64,000 bases of DNA from Zootoca vivipara. Its lineage: Eukaryota. The number at the start of each line of letters is the position of its first letter. Position 1 is the first letter of the stretch. This document shows positions 1 to 12,399 of this stretch, piece by piece. Location of the stretch: the NCBI RefSeq assembly GCF_963506605.1, contig NC_083285.1, forward strand, positions 70,990,001 to 71,054,000, in the 5' to 3' direction. Below the pieces are notes generated by a model, which saw nothing but the letters and a program-made list of their open reading frames with translations, had not been told where the DNA came from and did not search any database. Position numbers and translations under genes: made by a program.

Positions 1-11
1 AGCTTTGCTTC

Positions 12-2160
12 TCACAGTGAGGGAACCTCCAGAAGGCCCTCAGTGCTGGACCTCAGTGTCCGGGCAGAACGATGGGGGTGGAGACGCTCCTTCAGGTATA
101 CTGGACCAAGGCCGTTTAGGGCTTTAAAGGTCAAAACCAACACTTTGTATTGTGCTCGGAAACGTACTGGTAGCCAATTGAGTTCTCTCAAGACCGGTGT
201 TATATGGTCTCGGCGGCCACTCCCAGTCACCAGTCTGGCTGCCGCATTCTGGATTAGTTGCAGTTTCCAGGCCATCTTCAAAGGTAGCACCATGTAGAAC
301 GCATTGCAGTAGTCCAAGTGGGAGATAACTAGAGCATGCACCACTCTGGCAAGACACTTTGCGGGCAGGAAGGGTCTCATCCTGCGTACCACATGGAGCT
401 GATAAACAGCTGCCTTTGACACAGAATTTACCTGCACCTCCATGGACAGCTGTGAGTCCAAAATGTCCCCCAGGCTGCACACCTGGTCCTGCAGGGGTAT
501 AGTTACCCCATTCAGGACCAGGGAGTCCTCCACACCTGCCCACCCCCTGTCCCCCACAAACAGTACTTCTGTCTTGTCCGGATTCAACCTCAATCTGTTA
601 GCCACCATCCATCCTCCAACCATCTCCAGGCACTCACACAGGACCTTCACTGCCTTCACTGGTTCTGATTTAAAAGAGAGGTAGAGCTGGGTATCATCCA
701 CATACTGATGGACACCCAGCCCAAACCCCCTGATGATCTCTCCCAGCGGCTGCATGTAGACGTTAAAAAGCATGGGGGAGAGGACAGAACCCTGAGGCAC
801 CCCACAAGTGAGAGCGCAGGGGTCTGAACACTCATCCCCCACCACCACTTTCTGGACACGGCCCAAGAGGAAGGAGCGGAACCACTGTATGACAGTGCCC
901 CCGGCTCCCAATCCCTTTAGATGGTCCAGAAGGATGTAACGGTTGATGTTGTCAAAGGCCGCTGAGAGATCCAGCAGAACTAGGAAACAACTCTCACCTT
1001 TGTCCCTAGCCCGCCGGAGATCAGGTCCGCTTCTTCCAGGCGTGCCTGGAGTTGTTCAGCAACCACTCGCTCAATCACCTTGCTCAATAATGGAAGATTT
1101 GAGCAATAGTTGGCCATATTGGCCACATCTAAAGATGGTTTTTTAAGAAGCGGTTTGATAACCGCCTCTTTCAGTGGGTCTGGGAAGGCTCCCTCACAGA
1201 GAGAAGCATTCACCAACCCGCAAAGCCCATTGCCCAGCCCTTCCCGGCTAGCTTTTATAAGCCAGGATGGGCAGGAATCAAGGAGACAGGTGGTTGGTTT
1301 CACTCGTTCAAACATCCTGTCCACATCACCTTGCCCAAAAATGGAAGATTTGAGTCTGGGCAATAGTTGGCCATATTGGCCACATCTAAAGATGGTTTTT
1401 TTAAGAAGCGGTTTAATGACCACCTCTTCCAGCGAGTCTGGGAAGACTCCCTCACAGAGGGAAGCATTCACCACCCTGCAGAGCCTATCGCCCAGCCCTT
1501 CCCGACTTGCTTTTATTAGCCAGGATGGGCAAGGATCAAGGAGACAGGTGGTTGGTTTGACTCATCCAAGCAGCTTGTCCACATCCTCGGGGGTAATGGA
1601 TTGAAATTGATTCCATGCAACTCGACCAGACAGAGCTCCAGCACTCTCCTGCCCTGGCCTTCCTCCCACGGTGGTGTCTACCTCCTTCCAAATCTGAGTG
1701 ACTTTATCTGCAAAAAACTTTGCAAAATCGTTGTAAGAGATCTTGGGGTCTTTACAAGGCCCCGATGGTAAAGGGGGTTCCGTTAAATTGCAAACCACCT
1801 GAAAGAGTCTCCTGCTACTATTTTCTGCAGATGCAATAGAGGCGGTGAAGAACGTCTTCTTCGCCATTGCCGTTGCCACATGGTAGGCTCGATGTTGGGC
1901 TGTAACCCGTGTCTGGTCCGATTCAGAGTGGGTTTTCCGCCACCGGCGCTCTAGCTGTCTCAGTGATTGTTTCATCACCCTCAGGTCCAGGGAAAACAAC
2001 GGGGCTGTACGACCTCCATGCATTTGGAGAAGGCGCTTCGGAGCCAGACAGTCAATAGCCCTGGTTAACTCCATATTCCACCAGGGAATCAGCTGAAAGG
2101 CCATCAGCATGGGATAAAGCATCTCCTACCACTCTCTGGAAACCTTTTGGATTCATTAAG
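12..2160 (-). mobile_element. L2-clade LINE ORF2 remnant (reverse transcriptase), frameshifted, with an internal ~250-bp tandem duplication
   Basis: ORF 12..911 has GVPQGSVLSPMLFNVY, YVDDTQLY, LNPDKTEVL, LDYCNA, QNAAARL, HITPVLRELNWLP. Upstream ORFs 980..1474 and 1562..2122 continue ORF2. Segments ~1075-1325 and ~1326-1585 are duplicates. Confidence 0.92.
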
Positions 2161-2291
2161 TGGCGGGGGCGGACCATCTGAATTGGTCCCAGAAGGCACA
2201 CTGCAAACTCTCTTGTGTTCCTCTCCATCGTAGGACCAGCAGCTTTTTAGCTAGAGATGCTTTCAGCCAACAGAGGATAAAGGGACTATTC

Positions 2292-2381
2292 CATAGCTGC
2301 CAAGTTTTCCCTTTTCTCGCGAGGAAGCCTATTCAGCATGAGGGAAAATCCCTTTAAAAAAGGGATAACTTGGCAGCTATG
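2292..2381. mobile_element. 90-bp hAT-type MITE
   Basis: TIR CATAGCTGCCAAGTT...AACTTGGCAGCTATG; perfect 8-bp TSD GACTATTC (2284-2291 / 2382-2389). Confidence 0.92.
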
Positions 2382-2743
2382 GACTATTCCCATATGGGAT
2401 AGATTCCACATGTATATACTCTGTAACCCCTTGCAACACAGACCCTTTTTCTGATTGTACAAGCCGGGGAGGTGGGTTGTGGCCCCCGAAAGTAGTACCA
2501 AATCCCCTCCATATTCTGGAGCTGAAGTCAAGCATCACACAACCCTAAAACCCCAAACCTCCCTCTTTTGAGAAATCAGCTGTTAAATGCATGCTTCCCT
2601 GAAATACCATTATTTTATGAATGAACTCTGCATTTCCTCTGAATGGGCAACAACTGACCAATCGGGATCCTTAGATTTTGCCAGCCAGGCAATCAGATGT
2701 TGTTAAACCGCGACCTCTGGTGTCTGGAGTGTGCATTCGGGAG

Positions 2744-3209
2744 CATACCTGCCAAGTCCGGGTCATAAATATCCAGGATCGGCAGCGCGCGCATGACGCA
2801 ACTTCCGGTGGCGCTTCGCCCTTCTATGGGCACCAGAAAATGGCGGCACCAGCGCCGGAAGTCGCTTCCGTGCATGACCGGAAATACGTAAAGCGACTGC
2901 CGGCGCCGGCGCCACCATTTTCTGATGCCCATAGAAGGGCAAAGTGCCACCGGAAGTCGCGTCACGCAACTTCCGGTCATGCGCGGAAGCGACTTCCGGC
3001 GCCGGCGCCGCCATTTTCTGGTGCCCATAGAAGGGCAAGCGGCACCAGAAAAATGGCTGGGTAACAATTGCATTCTCCTCCACAGTCATAGCTGCCAAGT
3101 ATCCCGATTTAAGGGAAAATACCGGGATTTTCCGCTAAACGGGAGACCGCCGGGAAACGGTAAGAAAAAAGGGGTTTTCCTGGCGGATACGGGATACTTG
3201 GCAGCTATG
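2744..3209. mobile_element. Composite hAT-type non-autonomous element (same TIR family) with internal direct/inverted GC-rich repeats
   Basis: CATACCTGCCAAGT at 2744, a second CATAGCTGCCAAGT at 3087, ACTTGGCAGCTATG ending 3209. Flanks TTCGGGAG / ATGGGGAG match 6/8. Confidence 0.65.
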
Positions 3210-3728
3210 ATGGGGAGGGCATCCCTGCAATGCTTAGGCAGGGAAGGCATCTCAGCCTTTGGCAGGTTGATTGAGCGCCTCATGCTGGGCAGACAATGGA
3301 AGGAGCTTCATAAAATGTCTCCATTCTGCTTTCGGTTGCCTAGAAGTGGTACAATGTATCTTTTGAACTTGGCTGAAGGGGCAAACGTACAACACCTTCA
3401 GAAATTCATATAAAACCAATGCCTCAATCAATTGGTTCCATTCCAATGGCATTTTCCTCCCACTGAGAAGACGGATCTTTGGCACAGCCCTTCTCCATAA
3501 TCCTACCTGCGTATGGTCAAGTACACCTCACCCCTTCCCAGGAGGAAGAAGAGTAAGGAATAGGAGGTGTTGCAGGGCAACAATGAACCAGGCAGAAATC
3601 CATTGGTGGAGGGAATTGGAACCAGGTTCCCTCAAAGCGCAAACTCAGGAAAGTCCGAAGGCAAGAGAGAAGTGTAAATGGTTTTATTCTTCTTTGGGAA
3701 GCGGGTACTTAGGTGGTGATTGACAGGA

Positions 3729-5710
3729 AATAGAATCATAGAATCATAGAGTTGGAAGAGACCACAAGGGCCATCCAGTCAAACCCCCTGCCAAGCAGGA
3801 AACACCATCAAAGCATTCTTGACATATGCCTGTCAAGCTTCTGCTTAAAGACCTCCAAAGAAGGAGACTCCACCACACTCCTTGGTAGCAAATTCCACTG
3901 CCGAACAGCTCTTACTGTCAGGAAGTTCTTCCTAATGTTGAGGTGGAATCTTCTTTCTTGTAGTTTGAATCCATTGCTCCGTGTCCGCTTCTCTGGAGCA
4001 GCAGAAAACCACCTTTCACCCTCCTCTATATGACATCCTTTCATATATTTGAACTTGGCTATCATATCACCCCTTAACCTTCTCTTCTCCAGGCTAAACA
4101 TACCCAGCTCCCTAAGCCGTTCCTCATAAGGCACGGGTGTCAAACACAAGGCCCGGGGGCCTAATCCGGCCCGCCAGACCTCATCATGTGGCCCGCGTAG
4201 CCACCGCCGACAGTAGCCGCTGACAGTAGTTCTGGAGCCTGCGATTGGCCGAGGGTCAAAACCGGGGGCGGGGCTGCAGGCAGAGGCCGGGGCTCTGGAG
4301 CCGCGCTGACGGCCTTGGCCAGGGAATTTCAATTTCGAATGAGGCTGAGGGAGGCGGTGGCACAGCGGCCAGACGGGGAAGTGAGATGCAGGAGGAGGAG
4401 GAGGAAGCCTGCCGAGGAGGTAGGAAAGCCCTACAGGCGCCGCCGGCAAAGTTGGTGCCGGGACGGAGCAGCGCTGGATTTTTTTTTGGCGGGCTTTGCT
4501 GTTGTCTCCGAGAGCGAGTGAGGCAGCACTGGGGAGCCGCCGCCCGCCGCTTCCCTTCCTCTCCTCGGCTGCATCCGGGAGGTGGGTGAGCGAGCGGGCA
4601 AAAGGGACGCGGAGTGAGCCTGAGGGGGAAGTAGGCGAAGCGCAACAGCCGCTCTCTTGATGGAGCCGGGTTTCTCTTCCCTCTTCCCCCGTTTTCTCCT
4701 CATAGACACTCGGGAGGGTGCCTGGCTTTTGCTCTGCCCCCCACCCCCAAGCCGCCCTTTGGCTTTTCAGTTCCGGCGGAGCTGCTCCCCGGGGGGCGGC
4801 CGGGAGGGAGGAGGCGGCGACAGCACGGGTTCCTGCTCTTCCCGCTCTGCCGCCGCCTCCTCTCAGCCCCTCGTGATGTAGGGCTCCAGATGGAGTCGTC
4901 TCGCGGTTTGAGTAGGTGGGAGGGGAATTTTTTTTTTGGGGGGGGAGGTTTTCAAGCCTCCTCTGCCTGCAGTCCCGGTAGGGAGAGGCAGCGGCGAAGA
5001 TGACAACAGCGTGGGTGGGGGGAAGAGCAGCTCTGAGGCGAAGATGCACGTCCGCTGGGGCTGCCGCCGCCTTCCTCCTCGGGAAATCCGCTGCCCTCCC
5101 TCAGCGTGAGGGGAAGGGACTCTGGCGCTGAGGAGGGAGGATGCAAAAGCAAAGCAGGGAGTTGGCGCTGCACCGCATGTTCCTGCCCCTCTCCAAAGCA
5201 TGGGGTGGGTTGCAGCGTGTGGCATCCTGCCTAGCGGGGTTTGGGTGTGCACAGGGCGGGAGAGGGAAGCCCTCTTTCCATCTGCAGGTTTTTAATCCCA
5301 GCAGTGGCTTTCTCCTTCCTGCCGAACGTTTAGTTGAGCCCCCCCCTCCGGAAGCCATCGATCCCCACCTTTTGTTCAAATTTCCCTCGTTTACATCCCC
5401 TCCCACACACGCGCCACGACGCAGGAATGTGATCCGCGTGGGGGCGGGAATGAGCTTACATTATTACAAAAAACAGTAATAATTGAATGCAGTGACAATA
5501 ATTTATGATAATAAAGAGTGGACACATAGTCCTACAGACACAACCGGCCCTTTGAGGGTGACCAGACTGCTGATGCGGCCCCCGATGAATTTGAGTTTGA
5601 CACCCCTGTCATAAGGCATTGTTTCCAGGCCTTTGACCATTTTGGTTGCCCTCTTCTGGACACGTTCCAGCTTGTCAGTATCCTTCTTGAACTGTGATGC
5701 CCAGAACTGG
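3729..5710 (-). mobile_element. CR1 LINE 3' fragment split by a hAT insertion
   Basis: (ATAGAATC)n tail at ~3729-3749. CR1 ORF2 C-terminus [23 protein letters not shown]...[11 protein letters not shown] at 3808-4131, resuming at 5617 (LERVQKRATKMVKGLETMPY). Confidence 0.92.
4132..5608. mobile_element. 1477-bp non-autonomous hAT (Charlie-like) element with CpG-island-like interior
   Basis: TIRs CACGGGTGTCAAAC / GTTTGACACCCCTG; perfect 8-bp TSD TCATAAGG (4124-4131 / 5609-5616); no transposase ORF. Confidence 0.9.
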
Positions 5711-7987
5711 GGTGACTGACGGGTGGGTGAGGGACTCATGTTACCCCATGACCACCACTCCCTCTTTATGGCATTTTTGTCATGTATTGATTATGCTGTT
5801 GGAAAATGTATTATGGGAAAGGGGGAAGAGGTATTGAAAGTCCACACAACCCCATTCCTACTCTTTGTGTGTTTGAACCTTGTTGCAACAAATAAATATC
5901 ATGTTTACTGACTGCTGTTTTGCATCTTTAATGTGGCTGGAGACTCCTCCTTTTGCTGACCCTGGAGGGATCCGCGGGGAGTGGCGCCCTGACCAGCTGG
6001 GAAGTGGAGTAAATCCGCACCTCAGGACATTTTCCTTCTCAACGCTTTTCCACCCGAGTCTCACCCTCTTACCAAAAAGCCTGACACCAGGCAATGGGAC
6101 AGGATTGTGACTCCTTCCCTCAGCAAACAAAATACCACACACACACCCCAAGATACTGAGGTGCCCTGAGGGCTGTGCGGGATCCCCCAATCCTTGAAAT
6201 GAAAAGGGGAGAGGCTCATGAGAGCTTGAGGGAGCAGGCGGGGAGGGGGCCGCACAGGCTCCAGAAGCTCCTTCTTGCTGATTCCTGGAGTTAGGAGTGA
6301 TCTATATTCTAGAGTTAGGAGTGAGCAGGGAGGGGGCAAAGTTTGCTGATGGCAGCAAAATGTCCAGGCTTGTTCAAACAAAGAGAGATTTGCAAGGAGA
6401 TCCAAAAGAGCTCTCCAAAGGGAGTGAATGGGCAGAAAAGAGTTTGTTGTCAATGAGATTAAAGTGATGCGTCCCCCCGCTTACTATCATGTATAGGTTC
6501 ATGGGGTCTGAACTGGATTTCTCTATGTCCTCTAGGAGACCAGGGGAGAGGGGAAGCTGGTCGCAGCAGGAGGGGGGAGTCTCTCTGGATTCTTCAGCAG
6601 CCAGCCTCCTCTCCAGGCCTCCTCTCCTGGCCCCCCTCCTCTCCTACCTCTGAGTGTGAACTTCCCTCTGCCCCAGCCTCTTCCTGCTCACCAAACCCCG
6701 TTTTCTCCTCAGCTTCCAACCCCCCCCCCCAAGTCTGCTCCCTTTTCCCCCTCTTTCTGCTCATCATCATTCCACCACCAGTCCCCGGGCTCCGAGTCTT
6801 CTTCCCTTGTGGGCCCCCCAGCTGGTGCCCCCCCCTGAACCCAGCCACCAGCAGCAGCCACGGCAGTAAGATCAGTATGATAGTAATACGCACTGTGGTC
6901 CTATCCTATGGTAGGAAAATTCCCGAGTAGCATGACTGAATAAAATCTTCTGGGACTATGGAAAAATACTATCTTCCTCAAACCCCAGAATAAGCAGTAG
7001 CTGTGGGGTTGCAATAGAGCAATTCCCACGCTGAGGTCAAAAACACACACAGAGGCAGCAGGACGTCTTCAGTAAGAGTTTACTGAGCTTTCAAAGCATA
7101 CCATTCTCACTGGGTCCCCAGTCAGGCACAAAACCTAGCTCCTGAGAGCAAATCCAGTTTCAGCACTAAAAAAATACACCCCACAAGATATCTAAGTCAG
7201 GCACACACACCGGCAGAAGGGAGCAAGGGAGGAAAGAGGCTGGAACGACACAGGGCAATGGAGGTGTGTGTTTCGCTTCCTGTCGTCTGGGAGGGAAGTC
7301 AGCAACTGGGCATCTGCAGGGGCTTCACGAAGCAAAGTTTTCTGCCGGCTGCTTCCAGGCACATCCCAGAAACACACGCTGTGATTCGTGGTTTATTGCC
7401 ATATCAATTGTTTTTCAAAGGTTATCGTGATGTGGTCTAGAAGAGATATCAATATATTGCCCAGCCCTAATCCTTACCACCAGCAATCCAGATCCACCCT
7501 CGCTCCTTCTCTATGAAAAGGTCCTTTAAATCTTAAGTTATAATCACATTGTTTGACATTGCCTTCAAAATTTCATCGCTATACAATGTTACAAATAAAC
7601 ACCAGAACTTCACATAGAAAATCATGTGTTTAAGACTGATTTCCTGCTGAGAAAAAGAAAAGAGTGGACTCTGAGAGGAACACGTTCCGCACTCCATACA
7701 TCTAAATGGGTCCTCCCCTGTGAGACTCCCTAGATGTTCCTTAAAGCATTCCATTATAACTAAATAACTTTCTGCAATCTTTCCTTTTAAATTGCTTATC
7801 CTCTTTGAGTTTGTTGTTGGTTTGTACGGTTTCAAGTCTAAAAGTTCTTCCTGTCCATCAGTCTGTTGATGTGGGACTTCCACTCTGACTGAAGCCATAC
7901 AATTAAACGCTTTCTCCCCCTCTGTGTCCGCGGATGTCTTCCTCAACCATTTTAACTCTGACTGAAGCTTTTCCCACACTCCATACA

Positions 7988-9973
7988 TTAAAATGATCTC
8001 TCCCCTGTGTGAGTCAGTTGATGTCTTCTGAGGTGTCCACTCTGACTGAAGCTCTTTCCGCACTCCATACATTCATAGGGTTTTTCACTGGAGTGAGTCT
8101 GCTGGTGTAATTTAAGGTCTCCGTTCTGACTGAAGTTATTTCCGCACTCCAAGCATTTAAATGGTTTCTCCTCTATATGAGTCCATTGATGTTTTCTAAG
8201 GTATCCATTATCACTAAAGCTCTTTCCGCACTCAATACATTTAAATGGTTTCTCCCCTGTGTGCGTCCGTTGATGTTTTCTAAGGCTTGTATTATGACTG
8301 AAGCTCTTTCCGCACTCCATACATTTAAATGGTTTCTCCCCTGTGTGAGTCCGTTGGTGTATATTGAAGTGTCCACTCTGAGTGAAGCTCTTTCCGCACT
8401 CCATACATTGAAATGGTTTCTCCTCTTTGTGACTCTGTTGATGGATTCTAAGAGTTGCACTGAAACGGAAGCTCTTTCCGCACTCCATACATTTAAATGG
8501 CTTCTCCCCTGTGTGAATCCGCTGGTGAATTTTAAGGTTCACATTCTGACTGAAGTGCTTTCCGCACTCAATGCATTTAAATGGTTTCTCCCCTGTGTGA
8601 GTCTGTTGATGTATATTGAGTTGTCCACTCTGACTGAAGCTTTTCCCACACTCCATACATTTAAACGGTTTCTCCCCTGTGTGAGTCCGTTGATGTTGTC
8701 TAAGGTTTGCATTATCACGAAAGCTCCTTCCGCACTCCATACATATAAATGGTTTCTCCCCCGTATGAGTCCGTTGATGTATATTGAAGTGTCCACTCTG
8801 TCTGAAGCTTTTTCCGCACTCCATACATTTAAATGGTTTCTCCCCTGTGTGAGTCTGTTGATGGCTTCTAAGGGTTGCATTGAAACAGAAGCTCTTTCCG
8901 CATTCCATACATTTAAATGGTTTCTCCTCTGTATGAGTATATTGATGACTGATAAGATTTGCATTGCAAGTGAAGCTCTTTCCACACTCCATACATTTAT
9001 ATGGTTTCTCCTCTCTGTGAGTCCATTGATGTATTCTAAGGGTTGAATTGAAACTGAAGCTCTTTCCGCATTCCATACATTTATATGGTTTCTCTCCGGT
9101 GTGAGTCCGTTGATGTCTTCTAAGGGTTCCACTCCGACTGAAGCTCTTTCCACACTCCATACATTTATATTTTTTCTTCCCTGTGTGAGTCTGTTGATGT
9201 GCTGTAAGACTCGCTTTGAAACTGAAGCTCTTTCCACACTCCATACATTTAAATGGTTTCTCCTCTGGGTGAGTCCCTTGATGTTTTTTAAGGTATCCAT
9301 TATCACTAAAGCTCTTTCCGCATTCCATGCATTTAAATGGTTTTTCCCCTGTGTGAGTCCGTTGGTGTTTTCTAAGGCTTCCATTACAACTAAAGCTCTT
9401 TCCGCACTCCATACACTTACATGGTTTTTCCCCTGAATGAGTCCGTTGATGTTTTCTAAGGTTTCCATTATCACGAAAGCTCTTTCCGCACTCCATACAT
9501 TTATATGGTTTTTCACCCGTGTGAGTCAGGTGATGTGAACTTAAGTGTCCACTCTGACTGAAGCTCTTTCCACACTCCATGCATTTAAATGGTTTCTCCC
9601 CTGTGTGAGTCCGTTGATGTATTCTGAGGTATCCATTATCACTAAAGCTCTTTCCGCATTCCATACATTTATATGGTTTCTCCCCTGTGTGAGTCCGCTG
9701 ATGTCCTCTAAGGTGTCCACTCTGACTGAAGCTCTTTCCGCACTCCCTGCATTTAAAAGGTTTCTCCCCTGTGTGAATCCGTTGGTGTATATTGAGGGAT
9801 CCGCTCTGACTGAAGTTCTTCCCACAGTCCCTGCATTGGAATCCTTCCTTGCCCATGTGAGTCTGCTGATGTGTTCTAAGTTTTCCACTATCAGTGAAAC
9901 TATTTCCACTCTCCATACCTTTAAATGGTTTCTCCTCTGTTTGAGTTCCTTGATATGAACTATGCGTTCTCAT
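7988..9973 (-). CDS. C2H2 zinc-finger protein, 22 tandem fingers, no KRAB/SCAN seen (661 aa from the first in-frame ATG)
   Basis: Uninterrupted CxxCGKSF...HxxxH arrays with TGEKP linkers. Splice acceptor (pyrimidine tract + cag) puts the exon start at 10077. Decayed fingers lie before the ATG and after the stop (~7680-7990). Confidence 0.88.
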   Translation of the reverse strand: MRTHSSYQGTQTEEKPFKGMESGNSFTDSGKLRTHQQTHMGKEGFQCRDCGKNFSQSGSLNIHQRIHTGEKPFKCRECGKSFSQSGHLRGHQRTHTGEKPYKCMECGKSFSDNGYLRIHQRTHTGEKPFKCMECGKSFSQSGHLSSHHLTHTGEKPYKCMECGKSFRDNGNLRKHQRTHSGEKPCKCMECGKSFSCNGSLRKHQRTHTGEKPFKCMECGKSFSDNGYLKKHQGTHPEEKPFKCMECGKSFSFKASLTAHQQTHTGKKKYKCMECGKSFSRSGTLRRHQRTHTGEKPYKCMECGKSFSFNSTLRIHQWTHREEKPYKCMECGKSFTCNANLISHQYTHTEEKPFKCMECGKSFCFNATLRSHQQTHTGEKPFKCMECGKSFRQSGHFNIHQRTHTGEKPFICMECGRSFRDNANLRQHQRTHTGEKPFKCMECGKSFSQSGQLNIHQQTHTGEKPFKCIECGKHFSQNVNLKIHQRIHTGEKPFKCMECGKSFRFSATLRIHQQSHKEEKPFQCMECGKSFTQSGHFNIHQRTHTGEKPFKCMECGKSFSHNTSLRKHQRTHTGEKPFKCIECGKSFSDNGYLRKHQWTHIEEKPFKCLECGNNFSQNGDLKLHQQTHSSEKPYECMECGKSFSQSGHLRRHQLTHTGERSF

Positions 9974-10264
9974 TCAGTGAAGCATATTCCACATTTCACA
10001 CATTTTAATTTCTATTCCTAATGAAACAAAAGGTGTCTTTCTCCATCACATTCTTCAGAGTGGGAGGAAAGGAAATCCTGTTCGGGTTTTAAGGAAGAGA
10101 ACAGAGAAATAGAGATCACATCAACCGCCATTAGCACCTTCTGTTATTTCAACATCTCCTACATTCCCCCACCTCCTACCCATGCCCTGAAATTTTTAGG
10201 AAATGCAAATGCAATGATATCAAATGATAGTAATGCAGCAGCAACCTTTCCTAATCCTCAGTCA

Positions 10265-10881
10265 TCCTATATAATAATGTCCAAGTTGTCCCTGCGTCCA
10301 AGCTGTCCCGTGTGTCCCTGGGTCACTGCGCATGTGCCCCAGGGATACAGGGATTGGACAGCAGAGACTGCGCGCGTGCACTCTTCCCCCCCCTCTGCCT
10401 CCTCCAACCGCCGCTCCCGCCGGACGCTGCCTCACTGCAGGGCACGTCAGGGAAGCGAGGGTGGAGGCCGGCGAAGGCCTCCTCACAACCCTCCCTGGCC
10501 GTGAGGAGCGGCGGTTGGAGGAGGCAGGGGGGGGGAGAGTGCGCGCGTCTTTCCTGTCAGCGGCTGGGGGAGAGGAACGGAGGAGGAGAACGCAGTGCTT
10601 TCTCCTCCGTTCCTGTCCCCCTGCCGCCGACAGCAAGGACAGGTCCCAGGGTTCAGAGAAGCGCTGCGCAAGCGCTTCTCCGAACCCTGGGATGTCTTCT
10701 TCCTGTCGGCGGCTGCGGGAGAGGAACGGAGGAGAACGCAGCGCTTTCTCCTCCTCCGTTCCTGTCCCCCTGCCGCCGACAGCAAGGACAGGTCCCAGGG
10801 TTCGGAGAAGCGCTGCACAAGCGCTTCTCCGAACCCCAGGATGTTCTAGCGCCCGTTATTAAACGGGCTGAAATATACTAG
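10265..10881 (+). mobile_element. 617-bp non-autonomous Helitron
   Basis: 5' TCCTATATAATAA, 3' CTAG, inserted between A(10264) and T(10882) with no TSD. Subterminal hairpin GCCCGTT-ATTA-AACGGGC (10851-10868) ends 9 nt before CTAG. Confidence 0.9.
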
Positions 10882-12399
10882 TCGTTAATAAAGCAGCATG
10901 ATCTGGGAATACAGCCTTTGCAAATCCATTGTTTCCTCACAGGAAAGGCAGCTGCTCTCTGTCTCTTTCTCTGGCTCCTCGTTCCTTTGGACATTTCCCA
11001 CCCTCTGCATCATAATCCTCCATCCACCCCCACCCCCCGTTTCCACCTCTAGATCTTCATGAATCACCTGCACAGTCCCATTGGCCTCAGGAGGCCCATG
11101 TGGACCATTCTGAGACACCCAGGGCTATGTCTTTCCCAGCGACTGTGGTCTGGGTCAGTCAGAGAACTAGTGACAAGGCTTGGGGCTTGGGGCCAGCTGA
11201 ATGGGTGCTCAGGGAAGCTCCTGTTCTTGGAGATGGACCTCCGTCTACATGTCTCACATTGCATGGAGAGAGTAGGAGGAGCAGAAGGAGAAGCAGTTGG
11301 AGCATGGGAATCCCAGACAGAAACACCCACCTCCATTGTTCTTTATATTAATGATGTGCTGCCTGATCTCATGCCCCTCTTCTGACGCAGGACTATCCTA
11401 AACTGGCACTGAAAAAGCTAGATATTAAAGGCAAATGGATAACTGTACATAGTGGAAACTTTAACATTGAATATGCAATATTCATTGTGTTATTTCTGGA
11501 GCCATGAATTTATTCCTGATCCGTCCTAAATATTGTAATTATAGGATGTCTTGGGGTGTTAGAGGAGCGGTAGTACCTTTGGTGGGGGACATGTCATGCA
11601 CTAATTTATCCACCATTGGTCTGCACTCAGCTCTCACCTGTGGCTTCCAGAAGCTGTCAGTGTGTAACAGGAGCCACAATCCCAGGAATGGCTTCAACCG
11701 GCCGGCTAAACCAGGTGAGGATAGCTGCTGGGTCTCAAATCCTGGGTGGGTTGGGGAATTCTGCTGCAGGTGAAGGCAGGCCCTGGTGGATGGAGAGGAT
11801 GAGAACAACAGTGAATCCCACAGTTAAGAAGGTAGATTCTGTCCTTGCTGCAGAAGAAAGTGAAGGGCAGATGGGGCACATTGAGAAGGAAAACTCTCGT
11901 CCGAAACCTCTGCTGCCTCGGGGGTTATCTTCAGGAGAAGAAAAGGCTATGGAGGAAAAGCTACACAAATCCAGGGCGGAGTCTCTAAGAGGGTTGGATG
12001 TGCCCTACACACCTTCTTCATTCAACTCCTGCAGCTAATCTGGTGCCAAACCTACTGCTCTGCTTTCCTTGGCACCATATCAGCCAGGCTGAGAAGGAGG
12101 TCTTGTTCTCTAGGCAGCCCAGGAGCCCCAAACACACTGCCCACGATTCCATTGTTGCTAACACAGCAGTTTCAGGCAGAGAAATGAGCTCAGACCTGTG
12201 TATCAAAGTCTCTCCGATGTGGAACAAGGGAAACAGAAGCGCTATTTACATCATACGTCAATGTAAAAGTATTCAAAATATTTGTCTTTTGAAGAAAAGA
12301 CCACCAAGTATCCAATGGCACCTTCAAAGCTAATGAAAGTATTGTGCCTGGAGCTTTTGTGGGCTGGAGGAGCAGGAAAGCTCCTGCCACCATGATGCT

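Noticed and set aside
3808-5049. 413-aa ORF fusing GC-rich sequence to the CR1 C-terminus
   Set aside because: Chance read-through from the stop-poor hAT interior into the interrupted CR1 fragment.
7988-9850. 84-bp periodic repeat resembling a repeat-spacer (CRISPR-like) array
   Set aside because: It is the coding C2H2 finger array; eukaryotic context, no cas genes.
8173-9958. Alternative-frame and antisense ORFs over the ZNF arrays (also 29424-30423)
   Set aside because: Consequence of the 84-bp finger periodicity.
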